This document shows, one piece after another, positions 50,110 to 64,000 of a stretch of 64,000 nt of DNA (the first letter of the stretch is position 1; the number at the start of each line of letters is the position of its first letter). The DNA comes from Haliotis cracherodii (Eukaryota). The notes under the pieces are model-generated. The model ran no database searches. It saw only the letters and a list, made by a program, of their open reading frames with translations, and was not told the origin of the DNA. The stretch is taken from contig NW_027266264.1 of assembly GCF_022045235.1 (NCBI RefSeq), forward strand, positions 21,824,001 through 21,888,000. The letters are read 5' to 3'. A program made the position numbers and the translations under genes.

Positions 50110-53100
50110 ATGAAGTTGACACTGTACACGAACAGTACATGGAGTTTACACTGTACACAAACTGTACACGGAGTTTACACTGTACACAAACTGTACATGG
50201 AGTTTACGCTGTACACAAACAGTACATGGAGTTTACACTGAAAACAAACAGTACACTGAGTTTACACTGTACACAAACAGTACATGAAGTTTACAATGTA
50301 CACAAACTGTACATGGAGTTTACATTGTACACAAACAGTACACGGAGTTTACACTGTACACAAACAGTACATGAAGTTTACAATGTACACAAACTGTACA
50401 TGGAGTTTACATTGTACACAAACAGTACACGGAGTTTACACTGTACACAAACAGTACATGAAGTTTACACTGAAAACAAACAGTACACGGAGTTTACACT
50501 GTACAGAAACAGTACATGAAGTTTACAATGTACACAAACTGTACATGGAGTTTACATTGTAAACAAAGAGTACATGAAGTTTACACTGTACACAAACTGT
50601 CTATGGAGTTTACATTGTAAACAAACAGTACATGAAGTTTACACTGTACACAAACTGTATATGGAGTTTACACTGTACACAAACAGTACATGAAGTTTAC
50701 ACTGTACACAAACTGTACATGGAGTTTACATTGTAAACAAACAGTACATGAAGTTTACACTGTACACAAACTGTATATGGAGTTTACACTGTACACAAAC
50801 AGTACATGGAGTTTACAATGTACACAAACTGTACACGGAGTTTACATTGTACACAAACAGTACACGGAGTTTACACTGTACACAAACAGTACATGAAGTT
50901 TACACTGAAAACAAACAGTACACGGAGTTTACACTGTACAGAAACAGTACATGAAGTTTACAATGTACACAAACTGTACATGGAGTTTACATTGTAAACA
51001 AAGAGTACATGAAGTTTACACTGTACACAAACTGTCTATGGAGTTTACATTGTACACAAACTGTACATGGAGTTTACATTGTACACAAACTATACATGAA
51101 GTTTACACTGTACACAAACTGTACATGGAGTTTACATTGTAAACAAACAGTACATGAAGTTTACACTGTACACAAACTGTATATGGAGTTTACACTGTAC
51201 ACAAACAGTACAAGGAGTTTACATTGTACACAAACTGTACATGGAGTTTACATTGTACACAAACTATACATGAAGTTTACACTGTACACAAACTGTACAT
51301 GGAGTTTACATTGTAAACAAACAGTACATGAAGTTTACACTGTACAAAAACTGTATATGGAGTTTACACTGTACACAAACAGTACAGGGAGTTTACATTG
51401 TACACAAACTGTACATGAAGTTTACATTGTACACAAAGAATACATGGAATTTACACTGTACACAAACTGTACATGGAGTTTACATTGTAAACAAACAGTA
51501 CATGAAGTTTACATTGTACACAAAGAGTACATGAAGTTTACACTGTACACAAACTGTACATGGAGTTTACATTGTAAACAAACAGTACATGAAGTTTACA
51601 CTGTACACAAACTGTATATGGAGTTTATACTGTACACAAACAGTACAGGGAGTTTACATTGTATACAAACAGTACATGAAGTTTACACTGTACACAAACT
51701 GTACATGGAGTTTACATTGTACACAAACTGTACATGGAGTTTACACTGTACACAAACAGTACACGGAGTTTACACTGTACACAAACTAGATATGGAGTTT
51801 ACACTGTACACAAACTGTACATGAAGTTTACACTGTACCCGAACAGTACATGGAGTTTACACTGTACACAAACTATACATGGAGTTTACATTGTACACAA
51901 ACTGTACATGGAGTTTACATTGTACACAAACTGTACATGGAGTTTACATTGTACACAAACTGTACATGGAGTTTACACTGTACACAAACAGTACATGGAG
52001 TTTACACTGTACACAAACTGTACATGAAGTTTACACTGTACACGAACAGTACATGGAGTTTACACTGTACACAAACTGTACATGGAGTTTACATTGTACA
52101 CAAACTGTACATGGAGTTTACATTGTACACAAACTGTACATGAAGTTTACACTGTACACGAACAGTACATGGAGTTTACACTGTACACAAATTGTACATG
52201 GAGTTTACATTGTACACAAACTGTACATGGAGTTTACATTGTACACAAACTGTACATGGAGTTTACACTGTACACAAACTGTACATGGAGTTTACATTGT
52301 ACACAAACTGTACATGGAGTTTACACTGTACACAAACAGTACATGGAGTTTACACTGTACACAAACTGTACATGAAGTTTACACTGTACACGAACAGTAC
52401 ATGGAGTTTACACTGTACACAAACTGTACATGGAGTTTACACTGTACACAAACTGTACATGGAGTTTACATTGTACACAAACTGTACATGAAGTTTACAC
52501 TGTACACGAACAGCACATGGAGTTTACACTGTACACAAACTGTACATGGAGTTTACACTGTACACGGACAGTACATGGAGTTTACACTGTACACAAACTG
52601 TACATGGAGTTTACACTGTACACGGACAGTACATGGAGTTTACACTGTACACAAACTGTAGATGGAGTTTACACTGTACAAAAACTGTACATGGAGTTTA
52701 CACTATACACAAACAGTACATGGAGTTTACACTGTACACAAACTGTACAGGGAGTTTACACTGTACACAAACTGTACATGGAGTTTACACTGTACACAAA
52801 CAGTACATGGAGTTTACACTGTACACAAACTAGATATGGAGTTTACACTGTACACAAACTGTACACGGAGTTTACACTGTACACAAACAGTACATGGAGT
52901 TTACACTGTACACAAACAGTACACGGAGTTTACACTGTACACAAACAGTACATGGAGTTTATACTGTACACAAACTGTACACGGAGTTTACACTGTAAAC
53001 AAACAGTACATGAAGTTTACACTGTACACAAACTGTATATGGAGTTTATACTGTACACAAACAGTACAGGGAGTTTACATTGTATACAAACAGTACATGA

Positions 53101-54075
53101 AGTTTACACTGTACACGAACAGTACATGGAGTTTACACTGTACACAAACTGTACATGGAGTTTACATTGTACACAAACTGTACATGGAGTTTACATTGTA
53201 CACAAACTGTACATGAAGTTTACACTGTACACGAACAGTACATGGAGTTTACACTGTACACAAACTGTACATGGAGTTTACATGTAAACTCTATGTACAC
53301 AAACTGTACATAGAGTTTACATTGTACACAAACAGTACACGGAGTTTACACTGTACACAAACAGTACATGAAGTTTACAATGTACACAAACTGTACATGG
53401 AGTTTACATTGTAAACAAAGAGTACATGAAGTTTACACTGTACACAAACTGTATATGGAGTTTACACTGTACACAAACAGTACAGGGAGTTTACATTGTA
53501 CACAAACTGTACATGGAGTTTACATTGTACACAAACTATACATGAAGTTTACACTGTACACAAACTGTACATGAAGTTTACACTGTACACGAACAGTACA
53601 TGGAGTTTACACTGTACACAAACTGTACATGGAGTTTACACTGTACACAAACTGTACACGGAGTTTACACTGAAAACAAACAGTACACGGAGTTTACACT
53701 GTACATGAACAGTACATGGAGTTTACACAGTACACAAACTGTACATGGAGTTTACATTGTACACAAACAGTACATGAAGTTTACACTGTACACAAACTGT
53801 ACATGGAGTTTACATTGTAAACAAACAGTACATGAAGTTTACACTGTACACAAACTGTATATGGAGTTTACACTGTACACAAACAGTACATGGAGTTTAC
53901 ATTGTACACAAACAGTACATGAAGTTTACACTGTACACAAACTGTACATGGAGTTTACATTGTACACAAACTGTATATGGAGTTTACACTGTACACAAAC
54001 AGTACACGGAGTTTACATTGTACACAAAGAGTACATGGAGTTTACACTGTACACAAACTGTACAAGAAGTGTACA
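50110..54075 (+). repeat. 29-bp satellite (~135 copies)
   Basis: Unit ggagtttacactgtacacaaactgtacat. Confidence 0.98.
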
Positions 54076-54344
54076 CCGAAACACAAATTTATGAAATGTC
54101 AAGACATACATACACGAAGGCACATGTCAACCTATACTTCAATCAGACGTTGCCCATTTACAATATGGATGTCCGGGTTTGGACAATTGACACACATCAT
54201 CTGGTGATTCCGTTAACTAAACAACATGTACGAAGTAGCTCCCGTAACAATAGAGCATAATGTTTATTATTTACCTATGAAAGCCTCGATACAAATATAT
54301 ATTAGATATACCGACGACCCTAGTATAATGAAAGTATTCATGAG

Positions 54345-56078
54345 AGAAGTATTATGTTAAGTTTCGTTTGACGATTGGCTTTATTTGTTCAAGAAGGATT
54401 CACGATGAAGGATTGGTAAGGATCACGATCATGATCGGCAGGAATTTTTTAAGTTATTTTAGAAAGATTTCATCATGTTTGACTACTGAACGCAGGCGCA
54501 TCATATAACAAATCACATCGATTTAGATAATCTCTCCCCTGCCGACTTAGATGCCAGGTGACATCACTGCGCGCCATCGTGCCCCTACAGAGTGGATTGT
54601 TGTTTATACTTTTAGTCACTGGTTTATCTGGCTCAAACTGCACTATTTACTGGCCGCTGTGATGCTGCTACAATATCGCTGTTGTGGTGTTAGACTAGAA
54701 TAAACTACGTTTATAACGAACACCCTTATAACGAACTGACGGATATAACGAACTGTTTTGGTCCCGTCCATTTGCTGCATATATGCTCTGTATGACTTAT
54801 AACGAACTTCGGGTATAAGGAATTAAAATTAGTGGACCCTTTGAGTTTGTTATAACCGTAGTTTACTGTACATTTATTCTCCAGTAGAGGTGCAGGTCTC
54901 TCGTATGTCGAACCACAAGAATTTCGATATACCTCCTTTTGTACCATGTGTGACAGAGTCTAAAGCCCACTTAAGATCTGTTTCACAAAGTGATCTAAGC
55001 GCTTAGATCGCCGCAAATAGCTGCAAAATTGCTGATGCGGCGTTAAGCAATAATCATTCTTACTCAGCGCTAAAATGATCGCAACTGCCATTGTGTCGCG
55101 AATAGTAGCGCTAAGATCGCTCGCTCCGTGGATAGGGGCCCTGTGCTGTACTTTCTTTCCTAGAATGATACCTGTTCGTAGACATTCGTGATGTATATAG
55201 GAAAAAGAACACCAAGACTTAAGAATCTAACAGCCGTTGTGTAAGCAGGCTTTTCCGATCCACTTAGCTACATCTGTTGGGCGGATGTAAGGAATATGAT
55301 GCGGTAGCCACTTGTCATGTGTTACAAAGAGTTAATTCACATCACTTGAGCTTGGACGCAAGTATAACTGGGATCTCAAGCTTTATTTGGCCACGGATAT
55401 AAGCGTCTGCGGGTATGAACATAATCTCATTAATATGGGACTCATCTCAGTCGGGGTAAAATCACGTCGAGGGAAATGGGAGTAACTCCGGATTCAGATT
55501 GCTAAATTATTGAAATATTTCACACTCGGCATTAAGATAATGGAAGTGTGTCCAGGAAAAGCGGGTCACATTCCAAGAAGGTTAAGTCAAGCAATGTTGG
55601 GTGTCTTTAATAGCAGTGTGAGTATGGAAAGAGACACACGGAGATCGGTATCTGATATTATGAGGGTATATTATTTGGAATCAAAATTACACATCCCTAA
55701 ATAGTTCAACACCTTAAATATATACCAACATACCAACCAGAAAGATTTTAGTTCAAATAGAAGTGACAAAATCCATTCCAATTATCATAAGAACGCCAGT
55801 GTACTATTCTGATTATATCATAAGCAGGTGTTAATGAATCACTATCAAATAGTAGAAATATGATGTTACGTTTCGTTTGACGTTTGGCTTTATTTGTTCA
55901 AGAAGGATAACGATGAAGGATTGGTAAGGATCACGATCATGATCGTCAGGAATTTTTCAAGTTATTTTAGAAACATGACTTCTGAACGCAGTCGCATCAT
56001 ATATCATATCAATCACATCAATTAGATAATGTCTCCCCTGCCGACTTAGATGCCAGGTGACATCACTGCGCGCCATCG
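54345..56078 (+). repeat. Pair of ~225-bp direct repeats (54345-54579 and 55854-56078)
   Basis: Shared gtttcgtttgacg.ttggctttatttgttcaagaagga...ctcccctgccgacttagatgccaggtgacatcactgcgcgccatcg. Confidence 0.85.
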
Positions 56079-57678
56079 CGCGTGAGGATACTTGGTCTTC
56101 GAGAAAAGGTGGCACCGTTGGCAGCTGTCACAAATACATGCAAAGCGAAGTCAATTCTTCACCTGAAAAACATAACTGGGCCATACAACTGGTAAATGTC
56201 AAAATCGAGAAACCATTTTTGTCATTGATCGATGTGTCAAATTTCGAAATGTCCTCCACACATCGACCTTCAAAATATTTAATCCAGTAAATGACAAGTC
56301 ACTTTCAATATGTACATGGAAGGATGTGGATGATGATTAGAGGATGGTGGCACCATGTAAGGACAACAGTGCACCGAGAGACCACTGGTATTTATACCTT
56401 AAACTATATGTTTCCAGTATTACCTGGAACAAATTATAGTGTTGCACACTGAAGGACGCTCGATCCCTTGCGATTACTGAAACGTTATTTAACTGTTTGT
56501 TCCTTCCCCACATTCCCCAAATAACAACTTGGGGATAATTCAGTCCCAGCTGACAACAATCATGTAAAAGGGCGTCATACAAATAATACTTGAGTCAATA
56601 ACTATCATGCACAATGTGGACAGATGGCTATCTAGCTGGAACAGAAATTCGTCGGGCTTCTTCACCACCCTGTTTGCAAACCTCCGCCGTTTTGTCGGTA
56701 GAATTATTTGTGACAAACTGAGTGTGATAGGTCCTCACTGAGGGATTAGTCATGCATGTGTATCTCCTCCGTGCCTCTCATTACAATATTAAGTTCAACA
56801 TGAGCATGACAACGACATAGCCAACTGTCATCTGACTGACTGGTTGAGGACACTGGAGGATTGCTAGATCTCTTACATGCACATGCTAGACCATGGCGTG
56901 TATCCACGGCGACCATCTGGTTAAGTATACTTTGCATTTGTTTGGGTTAATTTATCCAAAATGAATCGATAGTACAGATCGAGATACAAGTACGTTTGAA
57001 CTAATGCTGCAGGAACTAGACCTTCGCGCACAATGATGGAGAGGTTGACAATACAGTAAGATGATTCTTCTGTTATTTGCCTGCAACACAATTGATTTGA
57101 AAAGAGGTAATCATGATTTTATCACGAACTAAAAGGGACCACAAACTTTATTTCGTTATAACCGTAGTTCGTTGTAAGCATATATACAGCAGATAGCCGG
57201 GACCCATAATATGTTTGTTCTATGCGTCAGTTCGTTCGTGTACGTACGTGTTCGTTATAAACGTAGTTTACTGTAGTTTAAAATTGAACGCCTGTAGTTT
57301 AGAATAGTTTCTTTACACATAGAGTTTATGATAATAAAAAGTCAGTCTTCACCTCACTGTAGGATCGCGTTTGCCTATCAAGAGTGTCGTGTCGTGTACT
57401 GAGATGGCTAGCGTAAAGGAAAAAACAGTTAATTTGTTTCTTTTACATAGGACAAGAGGAAGCAAGTATTCATTCACTATTTACAGAAGCACGCACAACG
57501 TGCATGTTATATGTACATTACTTACCCAGTGACGACAGGCCACATGACGCAGTACGAGGATCAGTGCTCTTCTTACCACGATAATCTGTTCACAATGAAT
57601 ATATATTAACTTGTATCCTATCGGGAACTATGCAGTTTGCATATGACTGATATTTCTTTGCCCTTGACAGTACATAAC

Positions 57679-57820
57679 NNNNNNNNNNNNNNNNNNNNNN
57701 NNNNNNNNNNNNNNNNNNNNNNNNNNNNNNNNNNNNNNNNNNNNNNNNNNNNNNNNNNNNNNNNNNNNNNNNNNNNNNNNNNNNNNNNNNNNNNNNNNNN
57801 NNNNNNNNNNNNNNNNNNNN
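57679..57820. other. Assembly gap (142 N) next to a (TTGG)n microsatellite
   Basis: N run. Confidence 1.
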
Positions 57821-60800
57821 TTGGTTGGTTGGATGGTTGGTTTATTGGTTTATTGGTTGGTTGGTCGGTTGGTTGATTTTTTCATTCTAGAATAACACAT
57901 TTATGTTTACAGTAGATATGTGTTAGAACAATGAGTCTCTTCATTTTTTATAATCTACGCTTTTATACCGAAAGGCGCACACCTAAATCATAATACATTC
58001 AGTGTTAGCCTACATTCCACTGGGGAAAGTTGGTTCGTGTTGAGTGAGGGAGTGATTTTGACTCAACACTGGTTTGAACACTATTCAGTGTACATAAGCG
58101 TATGAGCTTTATGTGGGATGAAGACCCAACGTGGTGCAGTTTGTACGTTTGCCTCTTTGATGAAACCACGGGCGCGGATAAATATAATACATACAATCAA
58201 TTTTGATCAACAGACTTGTGATCGCGTCATTGAGAGTGGGCACTGATGCATGTGTACATGAATATTCCGCTATATGAAAGAAAGAATAGTGTGAAATTGC
58301 ACTGTAAATTGTATTCATGACCTGTCTGTAACTGATCGAATTCACTTGAGGTTACCTATGAAATCTGTGAAACTGGTAATGTTTCTTGGTGATAGTTCTC
58401 TGGACGTTTGAGGGATAAAAATATCAACATTTTGAACAGGGTTCCATTGCAAATGGGGAGTCTTCACTCCCTTTTAAAGTGACATTATACTGATATACTT
58501 GTGGTACTGCTACACAACACCAGAGTGGATTTATGAAGTGGGCCAGATAACGATGATGTAGCACCAGAGGCAAATAACTCTGAATGTTTACGACGCCGTA
58601 ACCTGGAATGATCTTAAATTACAGACTGCATGTAAACATCACCACTCCCCTTAATGAAGGAGTCAGGGAAGGAGCGTCTTCATGTAAACCGGCTGTTTAG
58701 CAAGCAAGTCCTCTCATCCGCTCAGGTATGAAGCGAAAAACTTCCGGTCCACTTAACTACACAACCTCAAGTGGCGGGCACGTTAAGCCTACTCCAGAAG
58801 CTATTTGCCACATGGTCATAAACTGTCATTTAACGACATATGTACTTGCCTTACTTCAGAAAAAATGTCAAATGGCATCTGTTTTCTCGACGTATAAATG
58901 TATATTGCATAAGTGATAAAGTAGTAAGATGCTAATACCAATAGCTTCCCTTCGGGCCTGGTGCCCAAACGTCCCTTTAAGTAGATGTGAATGTCTTGTG
59001 GCATAAAATAATGTTTTAAGTCATTGAAGCACATTTCCCTGAGCTCCAACACGTCCGATCCTAAGTATGTAATGCTGAACCTGTAATATATGTATATATA
59101 ACATTAACTGTTACACTTATTCGGCATATACACAACCCATTTATAAAAAGGAATTATAATATTTCGTGTTGGTTCCAATTACATGTATGTACACATTAGT
59201 GCGTGCATTTACCAACTGTGTATATACATATAGAAACGTACATTTGTAAATATTCATGAAGCAATTACATGTTAGTGTTCAGCCTCATATTCTACTGCCG
59301 CCAATGCATTCAGAATGATTTAATCTTTCCATTATGTTTTAACTCTTCACTTTATCTTTGTTTAACGATAGACGATGTTTCGTTCGGTTATGCCATAATT
59401 TAATTTATACTCAATGTTGATACATAATTACTGTCAATATTTTAGCACACCTTGACACAAACAGACTGCTACAATAGCATTGCTCCGGTGCTCTGAAAGG
59501 AGAGGTAACGGCTTCATGTGAGGAAACAGGTGCTGACAATAGCGGTTTAGAGAACCTTGATTCATTATAAAACACAATTTCACAATTACAAACAGATAAG
59601 TGAAGTCATCTCGAACCCATTCAACATACAAACTAATACCCAATGCAGCAGGCTTTTGGAATTGGATGGTTTTGGTGTAGGTTTTACGACTCTATGATCT
59701 ATTGTTCTGTGTCAGTGTGTAATCACTGAGAATCAGTGTCTGTCTGTCGGAGAATGTACCTCAAACAGGGCACCACGTTACATCTAATGTCATGACACTT
59801 TTCTTCTCTATGCAAAAACGTCCCGTTAAGCTGGATCCTGTCAATACTGAAGACATACTAAACTGTGATGTTTCTTAAATGACAACTGAAATCGAGGGCA
59901 AAGTGTTCTGTGGAAGACAAAATCTTTAGATTGCATTTTGGAAGCATAAGCATAAGTACTAATGAAAACTTGGTTGAGATGACTTTGGGATTTCAGTATT
60001 TGTATTCTTTAATGTGAAGTTTCGGTACAGATCCTAGTAAGCTATTGTCCATCAACTGGGTCTGACATGATGGCTTGGTAATCTTACTCGCATTCTCACC
60101 GAAACGTCTTTTTTTAAGAATAAGTAAATTGACTACTATGGGTTCATCTGTAAGACGTTATAAAGAATTTGAACAAAAGTAATTGTCAAATGCAAAAACT
60201 TAATGTATTTAGATATCATATCCCCGTGTCCTCATAGTCGACACTCGTCAAGTTGCGTACAACGTGACCATATCCAGTGCCAGCTGATGTCAAATCGTGG
60301 CTGGAGTAACATTTAGATTTCTGTGATATAATGTAGACTAATCACCGTGTTCCGTTCTGACATTCAAGGTATTTCTTTTCAAGCCGACTCCTGTTTTCAC
60401 CCTGCATAGCTGATCACTCGCACACCGTTGTGTGGCGGTATTTGCCATTCCAGAACAGCCTCCGTCAGCAATATGTATACCCAGGATATTTTGTGATACT
60501 ATTGTATCTCACCCAACAGCTTATACATTATGCATTACATGGCCTTTTCTAAACCAATGATGGATTGTTCTTTTATGTACAGAAATGGAAAACACCATAA
60601 TTTTTATTAATGGATGATAGGTTGTCATGGTGTTTTTGATATTACAAAATTAATAAAAAAGCCAATGATGAATATGAATGATGAGCTATGTTTTATATGT
60701 TGATTGTCAGACTTGTCTGCCACATATGTGATGAGGCAAAAAACATTTTTTTATCAACACGATTTAAGATAATGGTGCCACTATTTTTGACAGACGTGAT

Positions 60801-63800
60801 GTCATTTTATAAGGGGGTGGGGACCAAGATAACAGGACCGTCTGGTAAGCAGAATGCAAAGAACAATAATGTTGTTCCGAGAAATATTAATCGCGGAGAA
60901 TGTACTACAGCAACTCACTACCTCCTTTGCTGAAAGCAGGTGTTTATGTCCTGTGTGGTATGCAGGCGAAAGTGACCCTGAATAAGATGAGAGCAGGTGA
61001 GTGAGTGATTTTGTAACACCACGTTTAGCACCAGGTCGCTAATCAAAGTCTTCAGAAATTGTTTGTTCACAATTGGAGAACAAGGCGTGACGCGTAATTG
61101 CTTAAATCTCCAAGCTACCTCGCCGTGACAATATTAGGAGAAACAATACAAACACTACATCTCTGCTTTATTTTTATATATTCCGAGGTGGAAACATTAA
61201 CAGAACGTTGACTACATTTTGTCTAAGATACCTGTTTAAACGTTGGTTTTAGAAACCTGCATCTTCCTCAACATAGTTCCAAGAACTGGGTCATACCATA
61301 AAATACAAAGGAACAGATGAACCTTTTGAAAGGATGGTTAAACATCTATTGCCTTAGAGTAGTTTCGAAATATTATAACATAATTGATTTCGGTCTCCGT
61401 ATATCAATATCGGTATGTCAATTTGTAAACAAACACGAAATTGGGTGTCGTCAGGACATTAATACAGCATGAATAATATATATGGTAATACATAGTTTGA
61501 GGTTATTTATTAATTTGTGGGTGTCTATATCAAATGTGCTTGTGTCATCGTCGTGGTAATATATCTCAGGAACCTCTACGTGGTCCTCTGTTGTCATCTC
61601 CAGCTCACACCAAACAACTAAAAAAACCGTTTCCATTGAAATCATTGTTAATCTTCTGGGCACATCTTCGTTGTTCTGGTACCTATATGAGTACATTTAT
61701 AGCCCATGGTAATCCAGCATCGCAGACGCTGGCAATATAATTGTTTCTGTCTCCCAGTAAGCACATACCTTCAAACACTAGACTCTTCTTTGAACTCTCT
61801 ATTCTGGGCACTAAATGGCTTTATACATATTCCCCTTTGCACTTGTTAAACGTCTTTGTGTGAAACCTGTATTTAAAGCTCACGACTCGTAAACACCCAG
61901 CAGCTTGAATGATGCTTCTGTGTAGTGAGGAGCGGATATCTATCAGAGACGATAGATGCCCGTCATTATCAGTGCGTTTTTCTCGATGAGGGCCACATGG
62001 TCCTTGTGTAGAGCTGACGCACACCTCAATGAAGCCTTCGCTGTCTTACAGGCTCCAAGGGTTTACATTTCTTTGCTTAATGCCTTAATCCTACTTGACT
62101 ACATGTTATTCACAACTTCGCGTGTATGAAATAGATGAGTTAAAATGTGAGTAATAGCTCTCCATCCCTGATATTGACGCTTCAATATTTATCTAATAAA
62201 CACTTGAATTTGTTTACCAGGTTTCCAAAAACCCAACCCTCAGAGACATCCATTACTACTTCACAGCATCATTTATTTAATTCATACCACATCTATATAA
62301 CTTTACTCTGCTTTGATAAAGTCATAAAGTACACATTTTAAGCCAAGTGAAACCCTGGCACTTTTCACCTACATTAAATACTGACGTGTCTATAACATGG
62401 ACAGAAATGATGCAGAGGTGTGAATTCAACTGTTACAGTAGAAAATGGACCTGATGTTACTTTGATATTTCTTGCTTGCTTGGGTGGGGGGCTTGAGTGA
62501 GTGCTTATCTGCTTCAATGAGTACTTGTTAATGAATAAGTAAGTGAGTGAGTGAGTGAGAGGATAGATGGGAGGATGAGTAAGGTTTTCTTTCACTTTTA
62601 GTGATAGTCTCACCAGTATCACCAAAAAATGCGCTTCACTCATTGTAATTGTACATGAAGTTGAGACAGCTTGTGATAAAAACAAAACTGAACGCATTTT
62701 TCCACTTGGTTCATTTGTTATTTTGATAAACTTCTCTCCTTGTCACTGTTTCACTGAAGGGGAGAAGTGTTAGCTGTTTTGAGTGTGGGAGTGCGATTGG
62801 TTGTGCGTTTGATGTAATCGACATTATCAGATTCCATGGTTAACACATCACAGGGTGTTGACAATGTATTTTCGAAAAGAATCTTGATTGACGTAGGGTT
62901 ATTTTTATTCTTTAAAACGTTATGAAATTGGTCCCTGTTGAGTGACAAAATCACACGAACGAATGACAAGCACTTTTACTTGTCTCTCTCAGATGCTTTG
63001 AATTTGAAATATCTTCTTAATGACAATCGTTATAACAAACCAATAAAGCCTACATCACCATACATTGTTATACATGAACAGAACGCTGTATTCCTGTGTA
63101 TGTGTCACGATGATCTTGTGGAAAGTCCTAGTCCAAGGCCATGTTCATGAGAGTAGAATAATGTAGACATATACAGCCAAGGTCCAGATGTATATATAAG
63201 ACTCATACCCATATCAGGATTCGGATGCTTGCTGCATTCACACTTCCATAACATATTTCCTATCGATGATCGAACATTTGTCCCCATGATGGATGTGCAA
63301 CAAAGGCAATGAATATTGAAAGATTGATTTTGTCTGTATGTCATCATGGTCAGCCTAAACTTCTTAAGATGTGTGGAAGGTCGATAGTTCAATCCCCCGT
63401 CGCACGATACTAAAAGACGTTAAGAGAAGGTATTCCTGTGTCTAAGTAGGGTATCCATGCTAAACTGTGGAATGGTATTTCAGTAGACCAGCACAATAAA
63501 ACTGGCATAAGTCAGAGCTAGTGCAAGCAACTACACACACAAGTGCACGTCTCTAAATAAAGGAACAGTTCAAAAGTTCGATGTCAGACAAAAATCATAA
63601 TTCCTTATTGAGAGCAAAACACATCAACTTCATGATCGTGGCGGACAATGTAGTCGTATTAACTAGAGGTGCCAGGTGTTGAAGTTTCCATTCCTATGGA
63701 AGAAACCCCAACCTTAGAGCTTCCAAACGACAGAAGTGAAATGTCCCGCTGTTGTGTTAGTCTCGTCCTATTACGTTGTACTGCAGGGACGTATTGCTGG

Positions 63801-64000
63801 ATTGTAACACTCTATTTTGTCTGTTCAGACCATGTCTAATCCTGGTGTTTGTGACACATTTCTAACATAGATGTCACTCGAATCAAATAATACTGCCTGA
63901 CTACGCCTGGTAACTGGGACTATTACAAATTTACTAGAATAGAAAATGGACAACATGAATTCCTGTTTTTCATAGAGAGGCTGTAAATATAGAGGTCGTG

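Noticed and set aside
37935-54075. CRISPR-like arrays (29-41 bp repeats)
   Set aside because: The units are head-to-tail with no unique spacers, there are no cas genes, and the context is a spliced eukaryotic locus.
46651-54260. Many overlapping ORFs in the 63-bp and 29-bp arrays
   Set aside because: Satellite artefacts: unit lengths shift the frame, ORFs are open in several frames or strands, and there is no splice or codon evidence.
61451-62080. Minus-strand exon-like fragments (donor-like GAAG|gtatgt at ~61768)
   Set aside because: There is an in-frame stop just upstream and no protein family I can recognise with confidence.

Overview
Eukaryotic (animal) genomic DNA, most likely a mollusc. 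The SINE and MITE families resemble gastropod/abalone-type repeats; this is an inference, not verified. Positions ~3.6-19.9 kb on the + strand hold the last 17 coding exons (~824 aa) of WASHC2/FAM21, the WASH complex subunit with retromer-binding L-F-acidic repeats and a CapZ-interaction motif. All GT-AG junctions and phases were checked by hand. The stop is TGA at 19924-19926 and the 3' UTR probably runs to ~22.15 kb. The rest of the window is mostly repeat: three SINE families, TA-flanked Tc1/mariner-type MITEs, a Helentron-like (HINE) element, a decayed mariner transposase, a Penelope-like palindrome with a hammerhead-like core, and nine minisatellite arrays (~13 kb in total). There are two assembly gaps and one weak candidate first exon at 45.9 kb. 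The most unusual signal is that four WASHC2 introns carry tandem arrays built from, or butted against, their own splice sites, including ~24 copies of a 5' splice site plus exon end and 7 decoy NAGNAG acceptors. No CRISPR, prokaryotic system or real tRNA/rRNA gene is supported.
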